From NCBI GenBank assembly GCA_040767085.1, contig JAXGPF010000005.1:311778-375777 (forward strand): a stretch of DNA of 64,000 nt. Reading direction: 5' to 3'. Within the stretch, counting starts at the first letter, position 1, and every line of letters begins with the position of its first letter. The stretch comes from Kiritimatiellia bacterium (lineage in GTDB: Bacteria; Verrucomicrobiota; Kiritimatiellia; JAAZAB01). The notes under the pieces were generated by a model. That model had not been told where the DNA came from, did not search any database, and was given only the letters and a program-made list of their open reading frames with translations. Of this stretch, positions 61,787-64,000 are shown one piece after another. The position numbers were made by a program, and so were the translations under genes.

Positions 61787-61912
61787 GGGTTCCCCTTTTT
61801 TTGTTTACATCCAACCGCCATCTATGATAAATCGAAATATAAAACAGGGTTCACGGTTGCCAGAGATGGAATCGGCTTCAGCGTTTATTCGATATTGGTA
61901 TTGGTCCGCTCG

Positions 61913-61976
61913 TAACACCCTAACACCATAAAACCCTAAAACCATAACACCCTAACACTATAACACCATAAAACCT
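61913..61976. repeat. Intergenic 8-bp tandem repeat, 8 copies of TAA(C/A)AC(C/T)N
   Basis: taacaccc taacacca taaaaccc taaaacca taacaccc taacacta taacacca taaaacct. Confidence 0.9.
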
Positions 61977-62080
61977 TCAACCCATTAGCGGTAAAACTGG
62001 TTCAGTATATCACAATTGCCGGAATATCAACCATAATTTCCTGATTCCTGCGCGCCACGGCCGGGAATGCAAGGAGGGTC

Positions 62081-64000
62081 ATGCTTCGCTTCCGCATCGG
62101 CGCCCTGGCTGTGCTTGCCGCAACTTTCCACTCCGCCGCCCCGCCTGCCCGCGCCGCCGAACCGGCGCCCCGGCCGGCCTGCCGTATCGCGGTGGTCCGG
62201 GACGGCCCCAGCGAGTACTTTGACGCCCTGGCCCGCCTGGTGCAGTCAGAACTGGAAATCCTGGCCGGCGACGAACGCCGGTTCGAATTCCGCGCCGGAC
62301 CCGAATTCAACGCCGATTGGATCGCGCAGAACGTTCCGGCCATTCTCGACCGGGCGCTGGCGGACCCGGCGGTGGACCTGGTCCTGGCGGCGGGCATCCT
62401 GACGGCCCAGGCGGCGGCGCGGCCAGAGCGCACGCTCTCCAAACCGGTGATCAGCGGATTCGTCCAGGACCCCGACGCCGCCGGCCTGCCCTACAGCACC
62501 AATGGCTATTCCACGAAAACCAATTTCAATTTCGTGGTGGTGCCGCTGCGCAGCCTGCGCGACCTGGAGGTTTTCCACCAGTTGACGCCGTTCACCAACC
62601 TGGCCATCATCGCCGACGATATCATCGCGGAGCACCTGGACAATGTCGCCGCGCAGGTCCGGGAGGCGGCGGAACATTTTCAGGCGGAAATCAAACTTGT
62701 GCCGGCCGCGGATAACGCCGCGGACGCCCTGGCCCGGCTCCCGCCGGGAGCGGACGCGGTTTATCTTACTCCCGCTCTGCGCATGCCGCGGGATGAATGG
62801 CGCGCTTTGATCGCCGGCTTGAACCGGCGCAAGCTGCCCGCCTTCTCGCTCATGGGTTACGCCGATGTGGAAGCGGGCGTTCTGGCCGGGCTTTCGCCGG
62901 AAGGCAGCGACCGCCTGGCGCGCCGCATTGCCCTGAACATTCAGCAGATTCTGGAGGGCGTCCCGCCGGAGCAGTTGCCGGTGACCATGCCGGTGGAGGA
63001 AAAGCTGGTCATCAACGAAGCCACCGCCCAAGCCATCGGATTTTCGCCCAGCATCGCCGTCATGACCCGGCATGAATTCATCGGCCGCCAGCAAGTCCGG
63101 GCCGGCGGCTCGTCCTTGAGCATGCCGGCTGTGCTGGCCCTGGCTCTGGCCAACAACGTCAACCTGGCGATCAAGCAGGCGGAACTTGACGGCAGCCGCC
63201 AGGAGCGCAACCAGGCCCTGAGCGGCCTGCTGCCCCAGGCTGACGGCTACGGGGAATATTCGCGCATCGACCGGGACCGCGCGGCCGCTTCCATGGGCAT
63301 GCAACCCCGCGCCGATACCCGCGCCGGCATCCAGTTTTCCCAGGCGCTGTACAACGATCCGCTGATCAGCCAGTACCGGGCGGCGCGGCAATCCTACGCC
63401 GGCATGCAGGCCGCCCTCGAGGATACCCGGCTGGACGTGCTGGCCGAAGCCGCGGCGGCCTACCTGCATTACCTGCAAACCGAAGCGCTCTTGCAGATCG
63501 AAGACGACAACCTGAAACTGACCCAGAGCAACCTGGCATCGGCTCAAGCCCGCCGGCAGGCCGGCACGGCGGGGCCGGAAGAAGTGTTCCGCTGGGAGGC
63601 GCAGGCCGCCACCCAGAAGGCGCGCTTGATCTCGGCCGATGCGGACGTGGACCGCGCGCGCATCAACCTCAACCAGATTCTGGGCGTAGCCCTGGATTGC
63701 CGCTGGCAAACCGCCCCGCTCCAGCCTGAGGCCGCCGATTTTTGCCTGCTGGGCGGCCGGATGCACCAACTGCTGACCGACCAGCGCAGCCTGGAAGATT
63801 TTGAAGCCTTCATTGTACAGTACGGCCGCGCCCATTCCCCCCTGTTGTCCTCGCTCGACCGCACGATTGACGCGCAGCGGATCATGCTCGCCCAGGCGCA
63901 GCGCCGGTTTTACCTGCCGGATTTCAGCGCCGGCTTCAACTACGGCCATGTATTTGACCAGGATTTCGAGGGCGCCGCCGCGGCCGGCGGCGCCGGCCCG
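62081..64000 (+). CDS. Substrate-binding-protein-like domain fused to a TolC/OEP outer-membrane channel (runs off the window edge)
   Basis: AAGGAGG RBS; MLRFRIGALAVLAA signal; N-half ...DVEAGVLAG...IALNIQQILEG.P..LPV...LVIN.ATA.AIG; C-half ALALANN..L...LLPQ...AYL...LNQILG (manual translation). Confidence 0.8.
   Translation, partial: MLRFRIGALAVLAATFHSAAPPARAAEPAPRPACRIAVVRDGPSEYFDALARLVQSELEILAGDERRFEFRAGPEFNADWIAQNVPAILDRALADPAVDLVLAAGILTAQAAARPERTLSKPVISGFVQDPDAAGLPYSTNGYSTKTNFNFVVVPLRSLRDLEVFHQLTPFTNLAIIADDIIAEHLDNVAAQVREAAEHFQAEIKLVPAADNAADALARLPPGADAVYLTPALRMPRDEWRALIAGLNRRKLPAFSLMGYADVEAGVLAGLSPEGSDRLARRIALNIQQILEGVPPEQLPVTMPVEEKLVINEATAQAIGFSPSIAVMTRHEFIGRQQVRAGGSSLSMPAVLALALANNVNLAIKQAELDGSRQERNQALSGLLPQADGYGEYSRIDRDRAAASMGMQPRADTRAGIQFSQALYNDPLISQYRAARQSYAGMQAALEDTRLDVLAEAAAAYLHYLQTEALLQIEDDNLKLTQSNLASAQARRQAGTAGPEEVFRWEAQAATQKARLISADADVDRARINLNQILGVALDCRWQTAPLQPEAADFCLLGGRMHQLLTDQRSLEDFEAFIVQYGRAHSPLLSSLDRTIDAQRIMLAQAQRRFYLPDFSAGFNYGHVFDQDFEGAAAAGGAGP

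Overview
GC-rich bacterial chromosomal window; the gene set and style suggest a PVC-superphylum (Kiritimatiellae/Lentisphaerae-like) genome, which is an inference only. 1-15 kb is core housekeeping: rnfB/rnfA, an ArnT-like transferase, and nusA-infB-rbfA-truB-ribF-rpsO-pnp. 15.3-32.5 kb is a visibly more AT-rich defence/mobile block, all on the minus strand. It holds a RAYT (HUH Y1) transposase fused to a DprA/SLOG-like domain and carrying its own REPs in frame, an orphan type I-C-like mini-array, and a ~55-unit heavily eroded type I-E array. It also holds a type I-E cas operon (cas3-cas8e-cas11-cas6-X-cas7-cas5-cas1-cas2) with three non-core genes: a HEAT-repeat/Zn-finger/PD-(D/E)XK nuclease inside the Cascade genes, an RNase-H-like DEDD exonuclease coupled to cas2, and an XRE-HTH fused to an apparently dead ImmA/IrrE peptidase coupled to cas3. 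An intact ISL3 with an 8-bp TSD appears to split the operon promoter. 35.5-49.6 kb is an FHA-decorated Tad/Flp pilus cluster resembling myxobacterial Kil systems, followed by a possible aegerolysin-like secreted protein. The rest is metabolism and transport: PPTase, cysE, metX-metW fusion, Na/Pi symporter, NifA-like activator, folE2 and an SBP-TolC fusion. The best candidate for an undescribed system is the accessory-nuclease-bearing, regulator-coupled type I-E variant. All calls come from reading motifs by eye; no searches were run.
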